Positions 199,012 to 213,971 of a stretch of DNA of 248,000 nt are shown here, piece by piece. Source of the stretch: Wallemia ichthyophaga EXF-994 (Eukaryota; Fungi; Basidiomycota); contig NW_008806277.1 of assembly GCF_000400465.1 (NCBI RefSeq), forward strand, positions 20,001 to 268,000, given 5' to 3'. Numbering within the stretch: position 1 is the stretch's first letter; the number at the start of each line of letters is the position of its first letter. Made by a program: the position numbers and the translations under genes. Under the pieces are notes generated by a model that ran no database searches, had not been told where the DNA came from, and saw only the letters and a list, made by a program, of their open reading frames with translations.

Positions 199012-200090
199012 CATAGAGATCCAGTTATCTTTAGATTCTTTGCATAATGTCATTTCGAAACTAAATCAGACGCGAGATAGATAATTTTCGGCTCGTTATA
199101 TGTCATTGTCATAACGGCACAAGACTTTTTTCACATTACCTTTCTATATCTATATAAGATATTCAGAATAGAAAAAGTTAAAAGTTGAAATGTCAAGTAA
199201 TATAAGACAATTAAGTTTAACAGCTACTCCTAAAGTACGCGATTTAAATTCTAGTAACAACTTTCATCTCCCCTTGATTAACGACATTTGGATTGAGGCA
199301 TGGTTGAAGTAACACTTACAATGTCGAGATAATGAATTAAAAATTCAAAGTTGAGTTTATCGATTAACTCAGAATTGCATCATTTCAAGAATTTTTAAAA
199401 GAGATATGCACCTTTTTTTTTTCAACTTATAGACTTACAAATCAATAATCTTCAAACACACATATTAGAAGGAGGCAGGATCTAGCTATATACTTACCAT
199501 ATAATCGTTACTGGATGCCCTCAGCCTTTGAGAGAAACAAACAAAATCATTTATTTTTTGGGCTTGAGTGATCAATTGTTTTTAACTTTATTGACATTAA
199601 TAGCCTGAATTTATCACAGGAAGTTGTTTCCTCTTCCTTTTGTTGTAAAAGAAAGACCAGGTTATTTTAAACGCAAACAGGTTTTTGTCGAAAATGTTCC
199701 CTATTTTTGAAAACACAGGCTTATTTAAGCATTTGATTGAGAATTTCTTTCAATCATCCTTCGATCAATAACTCAATTTAAAGCAGATCAACGCCAAATC
199801 CCCACTCACTAACAATCTGACTGTTAGCATTGAATTGTGAAATTTTGATGTCAGAACAGATTTCTGTTACAAATGAAGTACAGATCACCATTTCACATTT
199901 AAATTCTAGCAAAAGCACGAAATTAATAACGAAGTTAGGTCCAAAGCAGTGCAAATCATTTACATTTATCAGATGATGTAAATGTGATTGAAATATATAT
200001 TTTTTTGCTAATGTCTTCCTCACATCACATTAGCACTATTCGTGCCGATGGAAAAAAATAACGGAGTCCAATGATTCGTGGAGATTCAAA

Positions 200091-201693
200091 ATGGCTTGCG
200101 ATAATGGTCGTAAAATGTACAGTTTATGTGCAAAAGATTCACATCAACGAATGGTTCTTAACACTATCTTTCGAATGAAGTCTTAGCTCAACACTAACGT
200201 TGTTGAAATCCCATAGGGAACGTCTGGCAAATAATGCTGCTTTCGCGTAGCTTTTCTTTCCAACATGAAGTTGTTTGATGGAAGTTATAGCAGTTTATTT
200301 CGTAATTATGTCTCATTCAGAAAATGAGAGTTTTCACACCTGCTCATCTCGGTATAGTGATCGTTTGATCATTAATAATGTAGCTTTGAATACGACCTTC
200401 ACTTTATTTGGAAACTTACAATGGTTTTGAAAACTTTATATTTCTTACTTTCGTGTCTCATTTCGTTGAAGGCCACCTTTTTAGTGATTACCTGTAGTGG
200501 GCTGAAGCATGAACGTTTACGGTTTTACTAATCACGCTACAAGTACTATTGCTTAATGTTTCTGTATTTTGTTGGTCTCAGGTGATTTGCGATCTGTAGT
200601 TTTATTAGATGTAATCATTTTATCTTCAGCTGTAATTGTACCGTAAGCTAGCCTTCCAACCGTTTTTACTTTGAAACGATGTATGATACTATCAGAATTT
200701 GTATTTAATCATGAGCTTTTCTGAATTAAAACTCGGTGGGCTACACTTTGTAATTGCTATTGGGTTGGTCTAGCTTTTTATCTAGCGGTTAGCCAAATTA
200801 GAAATGTTATGTTGAGCAACCCCAACGTTTTCCAATGTTGCACCCTTAAAGTCTACTAGTGTGCATCTCCCAAATTGAACAATGAATAAGTCAGTTTTAA
200901 AATATTATAGTCAGTTTCTTTTGATATTCTCTATAATTGGACCTGAAATTCAATCGTGACTCGCCCTCAAAGGTTCTACGTAACGACTTGATCTCTAATG
201001 TGTATATTTGCATACGTTTGTGGTTACATATGGCAAGAGTACATTTTGTTCATCTGTTTATCATTAAGTAATTCTTATAACTGTGATGAGGAAGCATCTC
201101 GCCCAGAAAAGACAATTCCCCGTATGTTTCAATCGCAGTGATAGTCTTTCAAATACAAACCGATCTCTTCTGTTGAGAGTAAACTACTTTTAAACCTGTG
201201 TTACACTTAGCTTCCTCTTTCGATCATTAATTCGGTGGTGATTATAAACTAGCGACGAGCTAAGGATCAATAGATCCAGCAGTAGCTGTGTCAGATACCT
201301 TAACGGCTTGTTATTTGGCTCTTTTCTACAATTTGGCCCTTCAATCTGGCTAATCTATCTATGCACAAGCCAAATAAACACGCTCAACTCAAAACAAGAC
201401 AAATATCAAATTAATCTCATCACATACAATTTCATAAGGATCTGCGAGTTTTGTTAGGGCCTGGTTAATACTCATGTTGAATCAGATTATTTCCCATTCG
201501 GGCCTTATCTATCCTGAAATATTACATTCCAAATTACTGAAAAGTTTGATAATTACACTCTTTATCAGTGTAATGCGATTTTCGACTTTATACAAGACGA
201601 AAGGGCCACATAGATGTCGAGTCAGGTCACTTTTCATTTGCCTTTTATAGTGACCTAACCTTTTGTACTCATTTTGTGATATTCATAGCGGTG
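200091..201693 (-). repeat. Right arm of 1603-bp inverted repeat
   Basis: As above; 1079-bp unique AT-rich spacer 199012-200090. Confidence 0.93.
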
Positions 201694-204132
201694 TAATTTT
201701 CCTACTGATGAATGCTTAATGTGACTTTAGTTCACACAAAGACCTCTTGTTACACTCTTCCTGTTGCTAAAATCTTAACTAACTCTTTCTTCAGACATGA
201801 AACATTAATGCCATCATGCATTAGGGGGTTCCTTACCTGAGAGATTTCTGTAACTCTTTAGTAGGGCTATCACTCCCTGAACCCCAATCGCGTTCGAAGT
201901 TGTAGAAGTAAGTTCGTACTTTTCGATCTTTTCTTTGTACGTGTTGTTTGGTACCAGTTCTTGGTATGATTACGATACGTGTACAAAAGTTATGAATTTC
202001 AAAATGTCATTTTCGTACGCCGTAAAATATATCGAAGGTATTCGACCTGACAAAATATAAAGTGGATACCGATTGATAGTTTCATTTAAATGAATTTTTA
202101 TTCGATAATAATTATAATTCTCATTGTATTCCAGGGAGCACAGCACGATATAGTACCCGTACTTTTCGTACAGTGAGATCGAAATGCGTACAAAGTTAAC
202201 GTCTACGGTATGAGTACAAAATTAAATAATCTGTATGAGTGCAACATTACAGAATGTTTATTAATTTGTACAATTCAATTAAAGCCAATGATGAGCTGCA
202301 CCAGAGTCGAACTTGCTTCACGTACGAAATTACGTTTAGTGATAGCACTACTGTTCAGTAGCACTGTATTGCAGTTCCCTAAACTCTTTGAAAATGCTTG
202401 TAAGGATTCTAAACGTAGTCTGTGTATCAATAAGAAGCTTCGATGTTTGAAGTCAATGCCTCGTCGAGATTACTTAGGGTGTAAAACTGCAGATTGCTGC
202501 GCCAAATAATTTACGTATTGGACTTAAAGTTCTAAGTTATTGATCTTCGTAATGTAATCTAATGCCTTGTCCCTTTCCTACTACCTATGAAGAGCAAAAC
202601 CCGGGTTTCACGTACAAATTTCGCTGTCAAGCCTGTGCTTTTTAAGTTACTGTGTTAACTGAGCTGTTCAACGAAGGTTAATGTATCTGCTGATTCGTCA
202701 GCTATAAGCTTGTATGCATGCGTAGCTTGTTCGCGCAAGTGGCGTCTTTTTTTTCTCTTGTTCCGATTTGTTTAAGCGTTCTTTGCGAGTGATATCACTA
202801 GGCGTGTCTGGAACTTTCTGCGTAATTTCGCCCAACAGTCTAATCCATGTAATCGAAACAAGTCTCAGATTTCTATTCGTATCGGGTTTCTTGCACGATT
202901 ATCCTCTGTTTATGAGAATAAAACATCAGGCCCAAAGCCATTCTCTTCTTCCCACTTTTCAGTTTACCTTAGCCTACAATTTTTAGTACTTTTTAACAAG
203001 TGCATGTCTGTAAGGTTCTAGGAAAGTCTTGACATGTTTTCAAGTTAACTCTCTTTTCTGTGCATGACTTGGTCTGGACATATTTTAGTAGCACGCTGCT
203101 GCTTTGGATGCTTTGAAGGTCTTACGTTAGTACCTATAGCTAGATATAGTATTACATTGATGGGTGGTGGGGACACATTTTAATGCAATGATTATTTCCT
203201 ACACCATGCTTTCTTCAGACATAGCACCCACTACTATAATTCATGTAATTCTTAAGTTTTTGTTGGTATCACTTAATGTTTTGATTCCATTACACAGAAA
203301 CGATTTAACAAATTGTCTAAGTTCCATATTGCTGTGTTGAGGAATTGCTTGTACAGCGATAAAACAGATAGAACAAATTTAATAAGTGAGATTAATCTGA
203401 AGTATGTCATGAGGAAAGGCGTGTTTGTACAGTAAATGTGAATTGTAGAACTCCATGCTTCAGTTTAGACTGGTGGAAGGGTAATATGAAGAAAGTTAGA
203501 CGTGAGGTGGCGCATGTGGAGTGCCAAAAGCCTAGCAGCAAGAGGAATACCATCCATCGTGCTTCTTTTTGTTACCGCGTCTTATAATATATTTTTGACT
203601 CTTGCTTAGTTTGTATAAAATACATCTCAACAATTTGCAGAATGTGTCGGGCCCAGCGGTGTTCCCTTCCGGTCGGTTTTCAGTACACCCTGACCTAATG
203701 CACGCATCTCAAAATGTGGTCTTTTGCTGATTCCTGATTTCAGAGAATGCAACAGGCGCAATCGGCTCTCACTTTTGGTCACGTTCTAGTTTTTCTAAGT
203801 ACCGGTTTCATGAATATCATGATAGATTACCTTTAGCGCAATCTTGGACGGCACAAACAAGCCTAAATGAGATAACTACCTTGATGACAACATAATGCAG
203901 AGAAAGATATGTTCAATATCAGTACTCTCATATTAATTCGCAACCTTTATGCTTGTCGTATCGAGACTGTTGAGCAATTGAATAGGCTTGAATTGAGATT
204001 TTATCTTATTTTATAAATTCGTTAGTAATTATGCGATGGGTGGGTGGGTGTAGCGATCAATACCAGCTGCGGACGGTCGTATAGTCTAGAAATTTTTTAG
204101 GATGAGACAATGAATCATATCTCGATAACTAT

Positions 204133-205235
204133 CTATTTAAAATAATCCGGTAATATGTAGGACAGTTTCTCTTTCGACTCCTTCGTGAATTTGTCTTTGG
204201 ATGTAACAATGCTAAATTGCATGGAGCCATTCTGGGAAGGAATCTTGTTGGCTGATATTGCATCATGAACATGTTGCAAAACATTTTGGGCCACGAATTT
204301 TGAGTTTTCAGCGTTAGTGGTTAAAGTTTTGATCACTTCAGCGACTGTTACAGGCTCTTCATTCATTCTCCATGCATCATAGTCTGTTGATGTGCAGATG
204401 AGCGAGTACCCTAATTCTGCCTCTTTAGCCAATTTGGCTTCAGGAATAACGGACATATTAATAATATCAGCTCCTAATTGTCTGTACATCCTAGATTCGG
204501 CACGAGTAGAGAACTGAGGACCCTCCATACAAACTAGTGTAGAGTCGCGATCACCATGGTTAGTATGCAGATTCAAACCTGATGGTAAAACTTGCTTGAC
204601 AAGTGGGGCAATAAAAGACGATAGCTCAGTAGTAAAGGGTTCACCAAACATAGCATGGGCAACTACTCCCTGATTCAATCCAAAGTAAGTATGCTGTCTA
204701 ATGGACTTTGTGCGATCGATGACCTGGTTCGGAATAATGAAGTCACCTGGCTTGATCTCCTCTCTGAGAGAACCCACAGCAGAAAAGGCAACAATGGCCT
204801 TAACGCCTACGTGTTTCAAAGCAGCAATGTTAGCTTGACCATTAACTTCAGATGGAGTAATGGAGTGATTGATGCCATGCCTAGCGATGAAAGCAATCTG
204901 AGCTCCTGACGGAAGAGCAAGAATCATTACATTTGAGCTTGGTCTACCCCAAGGCTAGGAGAGAAATAAGAAGGCTGGAGAAAGGAGAAGAAGAGACTAA
205001 CTGTTTGAACACCGACATCCTTGACATGCTTCAAACTGTCAAGCTTGTAGAATCCGCTGTAATCTTGGTTAGAAAATTATGGAGTATAACGGGACAAACC
205101 TTCCACCTGTAAGAGAAATGCTTGAGTACAGGCAGAAACATAAGCAGAAGTAGGGAATTACCAATAACACCAATTAAAGGATCTAAAATATGTAAGCTTA
205201 GCTTAGTTTCCAAACACCGCCAACTCACTCGTCAT
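204133..205235 (-). CDS. MEU1: Methylthioadenosine phosphorylase
   Basis: [28 protein letters not shown]. Confidence 0.9.
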
Positions 205236-205262
205236 CGTCGTTTTGATACGGTCACGCTCAGG

Positions 205263-206751
205263 ATGGATAAGAAAATAGATATTTCAACAGATAGCAAAAA
205301 TCAGAGTAAACTTTCGTCTGCAGGTGAGCAGCACCACAATAAACAATTTATAGCGACTAACTTATCTAAGGTCTATCCGTTGTAAGCTATTGTCTTGCGT
205401 CGATAGCGATGACAGTAAGTAGAGGTGTACCTCAATCACGGCCTTGTTGAAGCACATTGATATTAGGTAATAAACAGTAAGCTGGTTATCCTGTGTCTTC
205501 CTAACTGACCTTGGATAGAATATATTGTGTCTGGCAGAGGCTTTGACATGAATTTATTGTTATTAGCTATACAGTCTATAGTTTCGATATCATTAGTGTC
205601 TGGTTTGAAGTCGTTGAATGTCATCAACTTCCGAAACTTCAATTGGTCAGATACCAAGTCCTGGTTTCCAGTTAGCTTTCTTTTAGCTGTCGTCATTTAC
205701 ACCGGCTCCAAGTCACTGCAGCATCTTCAAATACCAGTTTATACCATTTTCAAGAACCTAACAATCATCCTCATTGCATACGGTGAAACTTTGTGGTTTG
205801 GCGGTTCGATCTCGAAGCTAACCTTCTTTTCATTTCTTTTGATGGTCCTATCTTCTCTGGTAGCTGCATCGGATGATATTGTCAGCGCCTTTTCACATGT
205901 CGAGTCACCTGGTTCGGCCAATGGATACTGCTGGATGCTTACAAATTGTCTCTCTAGCGCTGCATATGTGAGCATCCAGATTTCAACTCTGTATCAGCTG
206001 ACGGATGCCTTAAGGTCCTCTTGATGAGGAAGAGAATAAAAGTTACCGCTTTCAAAGATTGGGATTCAATGGCGTGGGTTTGAATGGAAACTGATTCATT
206101 GTTGCTAATAGTTTTAAGATACAATAACGCTCTCTCAGTTCCTTTGCTCGTATTTGCGTCGCTGGTCAAAGAAGACTGGTCGTTAGAGTCGCTAGAGAAA
206201 AATTTCCCACCTTCAAACAGACACTTATTGTTGTCGACGATAGTATTTTCTGGAGCAGCAGCAGTTAGTTAAGACTACGATCTACTTGAAGCGAGCTAAA
206301 AATATCTACAGGTAGGGATTAGTTATACAACAGCTTGGTGCGTGCGTACAACGTCCTCAACAACTTACTCGTTCGTGAAGCTTTTGACGTTTAACTTTTC
206401 TGATAAGTTGTATAGCATGGTAGGAGCATTGAACAAATTGCCAGTCGCGGCATCTGGGTTGATATTCTTGTGTGTTTTACGTTTTACAAGAAGGATAATA
206501 AGCTAACATAAACATTCAGTAACGATCCAGCTACACCGAAGTCCATATCAGCCATAGCGATTGGATTCGTTGCCGGGGTAATGTATACAATAGCGAAGCA
206601 AAATCAAACGAGGATAGGAGCGCAAAAGCAAAACAGTTATATACCTCTAACGAGCAATAACAACAAATAAATTGAAATAGCATCGATAAATTTTTTTTAA
206701 TGCACTTGAATAATTTCGCGGATTGAAGGCTGCCATTACAAAACCAAATAA
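205263..206751 (+). CDS. VRG4: Golgi GDP-mannose transporter
   Basis: [28 protein letters not shown]. Confidence 0.9.
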
Positions 206752-206796
206752 AGTGAGTAGAGAGGATTGAAGAGTAATCATCTGACGAAAGTAAGG

Positions 206797-207394
206797 ATGT
206801 CAATTGAGGAAATCCAAGAAAACGTAGAGAACCTTAACTTCAGCGAACCAGGTCCTTCAAACGCAGCTACACAGAGTCGTGCAGAGAAGAAGGCCAGACA
206901 AGCGCTTCAAGGTCATGGATTGAAAAAGGTCCCAGGTGTCACCAGAGTCGTTCTCAGACGCTCACGTAATGTCATGCTCGTAGCATCGAACCCAGAAGTG
207001 CACACGGCACCAGGCTCAGGTATCCACATAGTGAGTTGCTGTCAAAATGAAGTAAAAAAAGATTACTGACGAGGATTAGGTCTTTGGTGAATTTAAGGTG
207101 GAAGACCCAAGCCAATTACAAGCCGCACAAGGAGAAGCTCCAGAAGGCCAAGACAAGTCAGAATCAAAGAAGCCAGAAGAGATCATGTCAGAAATGGACA
207201 CCCAAGCGGCAAACATTTCTGAAGCAAAGGGCAAAGACGTTGAAGACGAAGGAGAAGTAGATGAAACTGGCGTCGACGCTAAAGATATCGAGCTCGTTAC
207301 TGCACAAGTAGGCTGCACACGCGCTAAAGCAGTAAAGTCGCTCAAGGAGAAGAATGGGGATTTGATTAACGCCATAATGGCAGCCTCCGACTAA
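206797..207394 (+). CDS. EGD2: NAC alpha subunit
   Basis: [13 protein letters not shown] domain, UBA DLINAIM. Confidence 0.88.
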
Positions 207395-207576
207395 GGACAA
207401 AATTTTGACAGTACATATCGAAAAACAATGTTTATTTAGAAATAAATGAATTTAAAATAAAAAGAAGAGAGTGTGAATATTTGAATAGATATGCATTCCA
207501 AACTAAATAATTCAACATTCATAACTCCGTACTGACATGAGGCGGTCAGTGCTTGACGTTCTTGGACCAAATCATC

Positions 207577-208911
207577 ATGGTGCAATCCATCTCAGAAGCT
207601 GAATCTATTGGCATACTCAACCTGCCAAATCAGCGCCATAAGAGTAATTCCTTTCTCTGTGTCCGTCATGCCCAGCTAACGCTCTCTAGTTGGTTAGTTG
207701 CCAGGTCATCACGCTAACAAACCAATTAACTGTACCGTAGTCGCAAAGCGTGGTGGACATTTCACTATAATGGTCGTCGGTGAATCTGGCCTCGGAAAGG
207801 TTAGTAGAATTGTACGTGACACGCTTTTCTAATCACGACTATCAGTCTACACTCATCAACACACTCTTTTCCACTGAGCTTTCCGCTAAGAAGGATTACC
207901 GTCGCCGCCACGCCAAGCAGCTCGACAAAACTACTGAGATTGAGATTATCAAAGCGTACGTTTATTTATGTCTTAGATATGTCTCTGACGTGCTTTAGTG
208001 AATTGGAAGAGAAGCAATTTAAGGTTAAGCTCACTGTCATCGATACCCCTGGCTTCGGTGATTACGTTAACAACCGTGATAGCTGGTCTCCAATTATTGA
208101 TTTCATTGATGATCAGCATGAGTCTTATATGCGTCAAGAGCAACAGCCAAACCGTCAGGAAAAATCTGATATGAGGGTACACGCTTGTTTGTACTTTGTT
208201 CGTCCAACTGGCCACACACTTAAGCCACTGGACATCGAAATCATGAAGAGACTTGGTACGCGTGTCAACCTTGTTCCAGTAATCGCAAAGGCAGATACCC
208301 TTACTCAGGCTGATTTACAGTCATTTAAGAAGCGCATCTGGGAGGTCATTCACGCTCAAGGTATCAAGATATATCAACCACCTGTTGAATCTGACGATGA
208401 AGGCAACCAACAACACGTTCAAGACCTCATTGACTCTTTGCCATTCTCAATCATTGGCTCAACTGAGGATGTGAAGAATGGTGAAGGAAAGCTTGTGAAA
208501 GGAAGACAATACTTATGGGGTGTGGCTGAGGTTGAGAACGAGCAGCACTGTGACTTTAGAAAGTTAAGACAGCTCCTCGTTAGGACGCACATGCTTGATC
208601 TGATCAATACCACTGAAGAAACGCACTATGAGCACTACAGACAAGCACAAATGGAAACGAGGAAATTTGGAGAACCAAAACCAAAGAAGCTTGACAACCC
208701 AAAGTTCAAAGAAGAAGAGGAAGCTCTCAGAAAGAGATTTACTGAACAAGTTAAGTTGGAGGAAGGCAGATTTAGGCAGTGGGAGCATCACTTGATGGCT
208801 GAGAGAGACAGATTGAACAAGGATCTCGAAACTTCTCATGGACAAATCAAATCAATTGAGTCAGAGTTGGATGCAATACAAATTGGCTATGGCCGCTCAC
208901 AACGCCGTTAA
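207577..208911 (+). CDS. CDC12: Septin Cdc12
   Basis: LPNQRHK, GESGLGK, EEEEALRKRFTEQVK. Confidence 0.88.
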
Positions 208912-209214
208912 CGATTGACTTGAATACCCATTTACACTGATGAACAATCAAGATGAATATAATTTTACATTTCTTAATAAATTTATAAGTAATACATGAT
209001 ATGGGTTTATGTTTAGTTTTCTTTGGGTTTTGGTATATCGCTGTGCCTGTCACGCTGATAGCAGTCTTAGCCCTATCTAGACAGAGGAATGGAGGGAAAA
209101 CTGTTAATAAATCACAATCAAATAAATTTAGATTTTAGTAATTAAACTGCTATAAAAAAAGTTACCCAATTCGACTCGCACTCTTTCGTCAGTACCACCA
209201 CCGAGCGAGCTAAA

Positions 209215-211910
209215 ATGGAGGAATAGTGAGTGTATCGGCTTGTGATTCTTATTCTAATAAATTCATAGTGCACCGCTTACACCAACATCAATCCCTTCGC
209301 CCACAACTTCCTCAAAGGAGTTATACAACTACGGCTTACAGTACCCTCCCACTCCCAAACAACACAAGTCAAATTGCTTGCCAGAATCCTCTAATCATGC
209401 TGCCACCTTAAATTCATCTAATCCACCTTTGTTGAAGCTCCTTGGTATTCCACAAACAGGTGCTAAATCTAGAGTCGAGACTCAAATCAAGATCATTCTC
209501 CAGCTTGAGAACATTCCCAATAATCAATGGAACTTTATCAGACTTCCCTATGGCTCAGCTTCGAAAAAGAGATCTAAGAGAGGTGCACCAATGCCTTACG
209601 ATGTACCTAGGCACAATACCCTCTATCTGGAAACCCAAGTCAACTGTGCAACTGCTCCTTATTGTCCCGTCTATGCTTGTTCTCCTTGCAAAGAACGTGA
209701 AAAGAAGCGTTTCCAGCGTAAACGTGATGCTAGAAGACGTCCAAGATCGAAATCTGATGATGAAGGTCAAGACGACGCTCTACTCAATTCCGCTCCCTTA
209801 CCCGTTAAAGATCAATGGGAGCGTAATAAGATTACACTCTTCAATTGTGGTGAACTTGTCCCTCTCAGTGAGGATATCGCTTATGAAGGTGCTCAACCAT
209901 TGCCAACCGCTGTTCTTCCAACGCGCGTCACTTGTTACTGTAGGCATCACCGTGAAAAGACCGGTTTTACAATAGGCTTTACCCTCAAGCAACACGATGG
210001 CAGCGTTGTTGCATCAAACAAATCACCACCGATTATGATCACGGATGATCACAAGACCTCAACAGGTAAAACGTCTAATTACGGTGAGCAAAGCTCAATC
210101 AAATGTCGCAACCCATTGAAATCTACAAGAGGTATCAAAGATGACGCTCTACTTGCTCAATCCGATACCAATGACAGAAAACCTTATACGAGAAATACTA
210201 GAAGGCAAAACTCACCTTTGGAGATAAATCTCGCCAATAGTTCTAGTCAATCATTCGTATCACCATCTGATTACTCAATGAAGAATGCCCTCAACACCAC
210301 TCCCTCAACAACCCCCAGTCCACCCAGGAGCATCAAAAAGTCTTTGATAGGAGACCTTGAAGGCTCAGCAGGCTTACCCAAAACCTTGGAAGAGTCTCTC
210401 GTCAAGTTTGAACATACTGATGAGCTCGAGACGTATTTGACGTCTAGCTTGAGTGTGCAATCACCTATACAGTTGAATGATTCAGCTAATACGTTAGATG
210501 AATCCAATTCGAAAGGCAACAATCCAACGTTTGATTCAGAAGTAGATAAATACATCGAAAGTTCTTGGGTGGATGATGGTATTAGCAGAAACGAAAGCAT
210601 TAATATATACAATGGTCCGAAAATTTCTAGAGTTGTACCATTTGAGGGACCTACAAGGGGTGGTACAGAGATTACAATCCTCGGTCAACACTTTCCCGAT
210701 GGGTTGACTGTATACTTCGGTTCAAATGCTGCATCTAGGGTCACGAGATGGGGAGAATGTACACTAGTATGTTTGTTGCCGCCTTCGTCCAAGCCTGGGA
210801 CTGTAAGCGTCTCATTAAGAGGATATAATACGAGCGATGAACAACATGGAGACAATCCATTGACTTTCACGTACATCGATGAATCGGATAAAGCTTTAGT
210901 TAGTCCCTTCTCTTTCACGTATTTCAAAGCTGACAATCACCTAGATGGAGCTCGCCTTAAAAGTTCTTGGTTACAATCTCACAGGTAAATATGAGGATGC
211001 AAGAAACGTTGCAATGAGAATCGTGGGAACCGAGAATGGCGAAGGGCAAGTGGATGATAAAGCAAGCAATACTTTGAGTGCCACCAACTTTGATCTTGAA
211101 GCATTCACAATTAATGCGCTACGATTGCTCGATTACAGACAGAACGTCGATAGTTTAAACCTTCTCAATAAACAAAGACAGACGATACTACATTTATCCT
211201 GTCAATTGTCAATGGTGGAACTGACTCAAAGCCTGATTGAATGTGGTGCAGATGTAAACGCAAGGGACATCAATGGATTCACACCGTTGCATTTCGCTTA
211301 CATCAGTAAATCTGAGAATTGCGCAAGAATGTTGTATAATAGCGGCGCAGATGTTGAGGTTGTAAACGCTTGCGGTATTTCTGCAAAGGAGCTTGGTGAA
211401 CTTACGTACTCGAATAAGCTCTCGATACAAGACAGTGAAGACGCTGATGACGAAATCAACTTCTCAAGCGCTGAGGACGACTCGTCATTAGATGATAGAG
211501 TAAGTAAAAGCAACTTACTGCAATCAAATGACAGAGGGACGATTAAAGATCTTGAAAAGAAGGATAATGAGGAAGAGATTGGCTACCAAGAGAAGGCACT
211601 TGAAGTGTTTTTAACAAATCTTAGTACAAAGCTAAGTGAAAAGACCGGTTGGAATCCCGCTGGCACCACATCTCGCTTTACTAAAGTGGAAATGGAAGCA
211701 AATGGAGAAAGTCTCGTCGATGAGGAGGATTGGTCAACGAGAGCAAAGAAAAGAGCGCAAAGCGTCGTTGAGGACGTCCGCCTAATGTTGTTTTGGGCAC
211801 CGGTGCTGCTTTTATCCTTGGTTTTCTCGTTCATCTCAATAGCACCGTTCATTAATAGGGTCGGTAACCAACTAGCACCACTACTAGGACTACAAGCAAA
211901 TTCTGAATAA
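209215..211910 (+). CDS. MGA2: Spt23/Mga2 membrane-tethered transcription factor
   Basis: KSRVETQIK, ITDDHK, IPT domain, ankyrin repeats, C-terminal TM. Confidence 0.85.
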
Positions 211911-211995
211911 CTTTTCCTGAATTTAATCTGAACATTTTTGTTTTGTTTTTCTTATTTGTTGAATAATGATATATGTACTTTTGTCAAGGATCATC

Positions 211996-213971
211996 ATGAG
212001 AGTTGCTGTGGTTGGATCCGGTATCAGCGGGCTTAGTGCTACATGGGTTAGTTCTATCGGCTGTGACATGAATACAGATTAAATTTGGTATAAAGCTCCT
212101 TAATGAGTATAGTGACGTTGAAGAGGTACACATCTTCGAAGCCAACAACTACTTTGGAGGACACACGAAGTGAGTGCATCGAAAGACGTGTGAGTTTTAA
212201 TCATATTGTGGAATACAGTACCGTGGAATTCAGCAAAGGCGACAACGATAAGAGTGTTGATGTAGATACGTAAGCTTTGCCACAGTGAGGAAAACAAATC
212301 TAAAGCAGATCATCACAGGGGATTCATAGTATTTAAGTGAGAATAGTCACTTAACTTGGTTTCGTATAATAATGGTTGATAGTGAAGTGACGTATCCGAA
212401 TATGATCAAGATGTTAAACTTGAAGGGAGTCCCGATCATTGATTCCGATATGTCATTCTCAGTATCGAGGAACTCCGGCTCTTTTGAATGGTCAGGGTCA
212501 GGTTTGAATGGCTTATTTGCTCAAAAGTCAAACATCTTCAACCTTGATCATTATGCCATGATTTTGTAGGTCCGATGATTATCGATAGCCTTAATTTTGA
212601 CGTCATAAAAGTGATATAGTTCGATTCAATGCGCTGTCTTTGGACTTGCTAGATGAAAAAAACAGTATGTCCGATATTACGATCGGCGATTACCTTAGGA
212701 AGGAGAAGTATTCGGCAGCATTCATTAACAATTACCTCATAGTAAGCTTCTTTTCTCACAACATGCCATTCCCATTAAACATAATTCGTAGCCAATGAGT
212801 GCAGCTATTTGGAGCACACCACCTGATTCTGTAGCTTTAGATGTCGGTGGTGCTTTATCTCTCGTGCTTCCAAGCTAACGATTATCTTAGTTCCCAGCCA
212901 GTACTCTTATTAGATTCATGTTAGTGGCTTTTCAACGGTGAAATCAACTAAATGACGTCAACAGGCACAACCACCATTTACTTCAAATAGCGGACAGAAC
213001 ACAGTGGTTGACGATAAAAGGAGGATCGTAGGTTTGTTTTCATTGTTTTTCAAATAGTTTTAATTAAACGGTTAGTAAATACTACGTTAATGAGATCATC
213101 AAGAATATGAAGGAAGGAACAACACATTTGTCAACACCTATAAGTAGTCTCAGACGTCTACATAATGGGACAGTTGAGCTTTCAACCGCAAACGAAGATA
213201 CATGGTTTTTCGATCACGTCATTCTCGCTACACATGCTGATACTTCTATGTCAATTATCAATGAAGACTTGAGTGAAAAGGAAAAGGGTCTTTTGAGCAA
213301 CTTTAAGTTTTCTAGTAACGAGGCTGTACTTCATTACGATGAGAAGGTGTGCTAATTAGCTCACAGCATACACTTTAACCAAATACTCACAGCTCATGCC
213401 GACAAGAAGAGAAGCATGGACTAGCTGGAACTTTTTGAGCAATGCTGACGAGAAATCTAACGTTAATAATCAAGTTTCATTGTGAGTTGATACTTTTATA
213501 AAGAAATTAGACAATGACAACATTCCAAGAACGTATTGGATGAACTTATTACAAAGTTTGAGTGAAGAGAATTATGGAAATGTTCTAGTAACACTGAATC
213601 CACCACTCGAACCAAGAGAAGATTGTGTTATTGGTAGATGGAGCTATGAACACCCTTTGATAAGCGCTGATGCGGTTCAAGCTCAAGGTCCGATGAATGA
213701 AATACAAGGTAAAGATGGGTTAAGCTTCGCAGGTGCATGGTTGAAATATGGGTTCCATGAGGATGGCTTTATATCAGGTTATAATGCCGTAAAGACAATA
213801 AATGGCTTGACAGTAGCGGCACCATTTGATTTAATTTCACCTGAAAGACAGGTAGATCAGGTTAATGCACAAGTACGATTTATGCTCTACATACTGCAAT
213901 ATCTGAGAATGAACAAGGTGTTGATATCATTTGTAGTGATTATCGCGTCTGTTTACTTGTCAATTGATTAG
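211996..213971 (+). CDS. FAD-dependent amine-oxidase-family protein (COG2907-like, many introns)
   Basis: VVGSGISGL, YEHPL, FAGAWLKYGFHEDG. Confidence 0.8.

Larger units (their letters stand above)
195600..204100. other. ORF-free AT-rich gap, candidate centromere
   Basis: Longest non-coding stretch in a very compact window; central IR-core-IR structure. Confidence 0.6.

Noticed and set aside
202210-202986. Short ORFs inside the ORF-free gap as a transposase or remnant
   Set aside because: No DDE, RT or integrase motifs; lengths are compatible with chance
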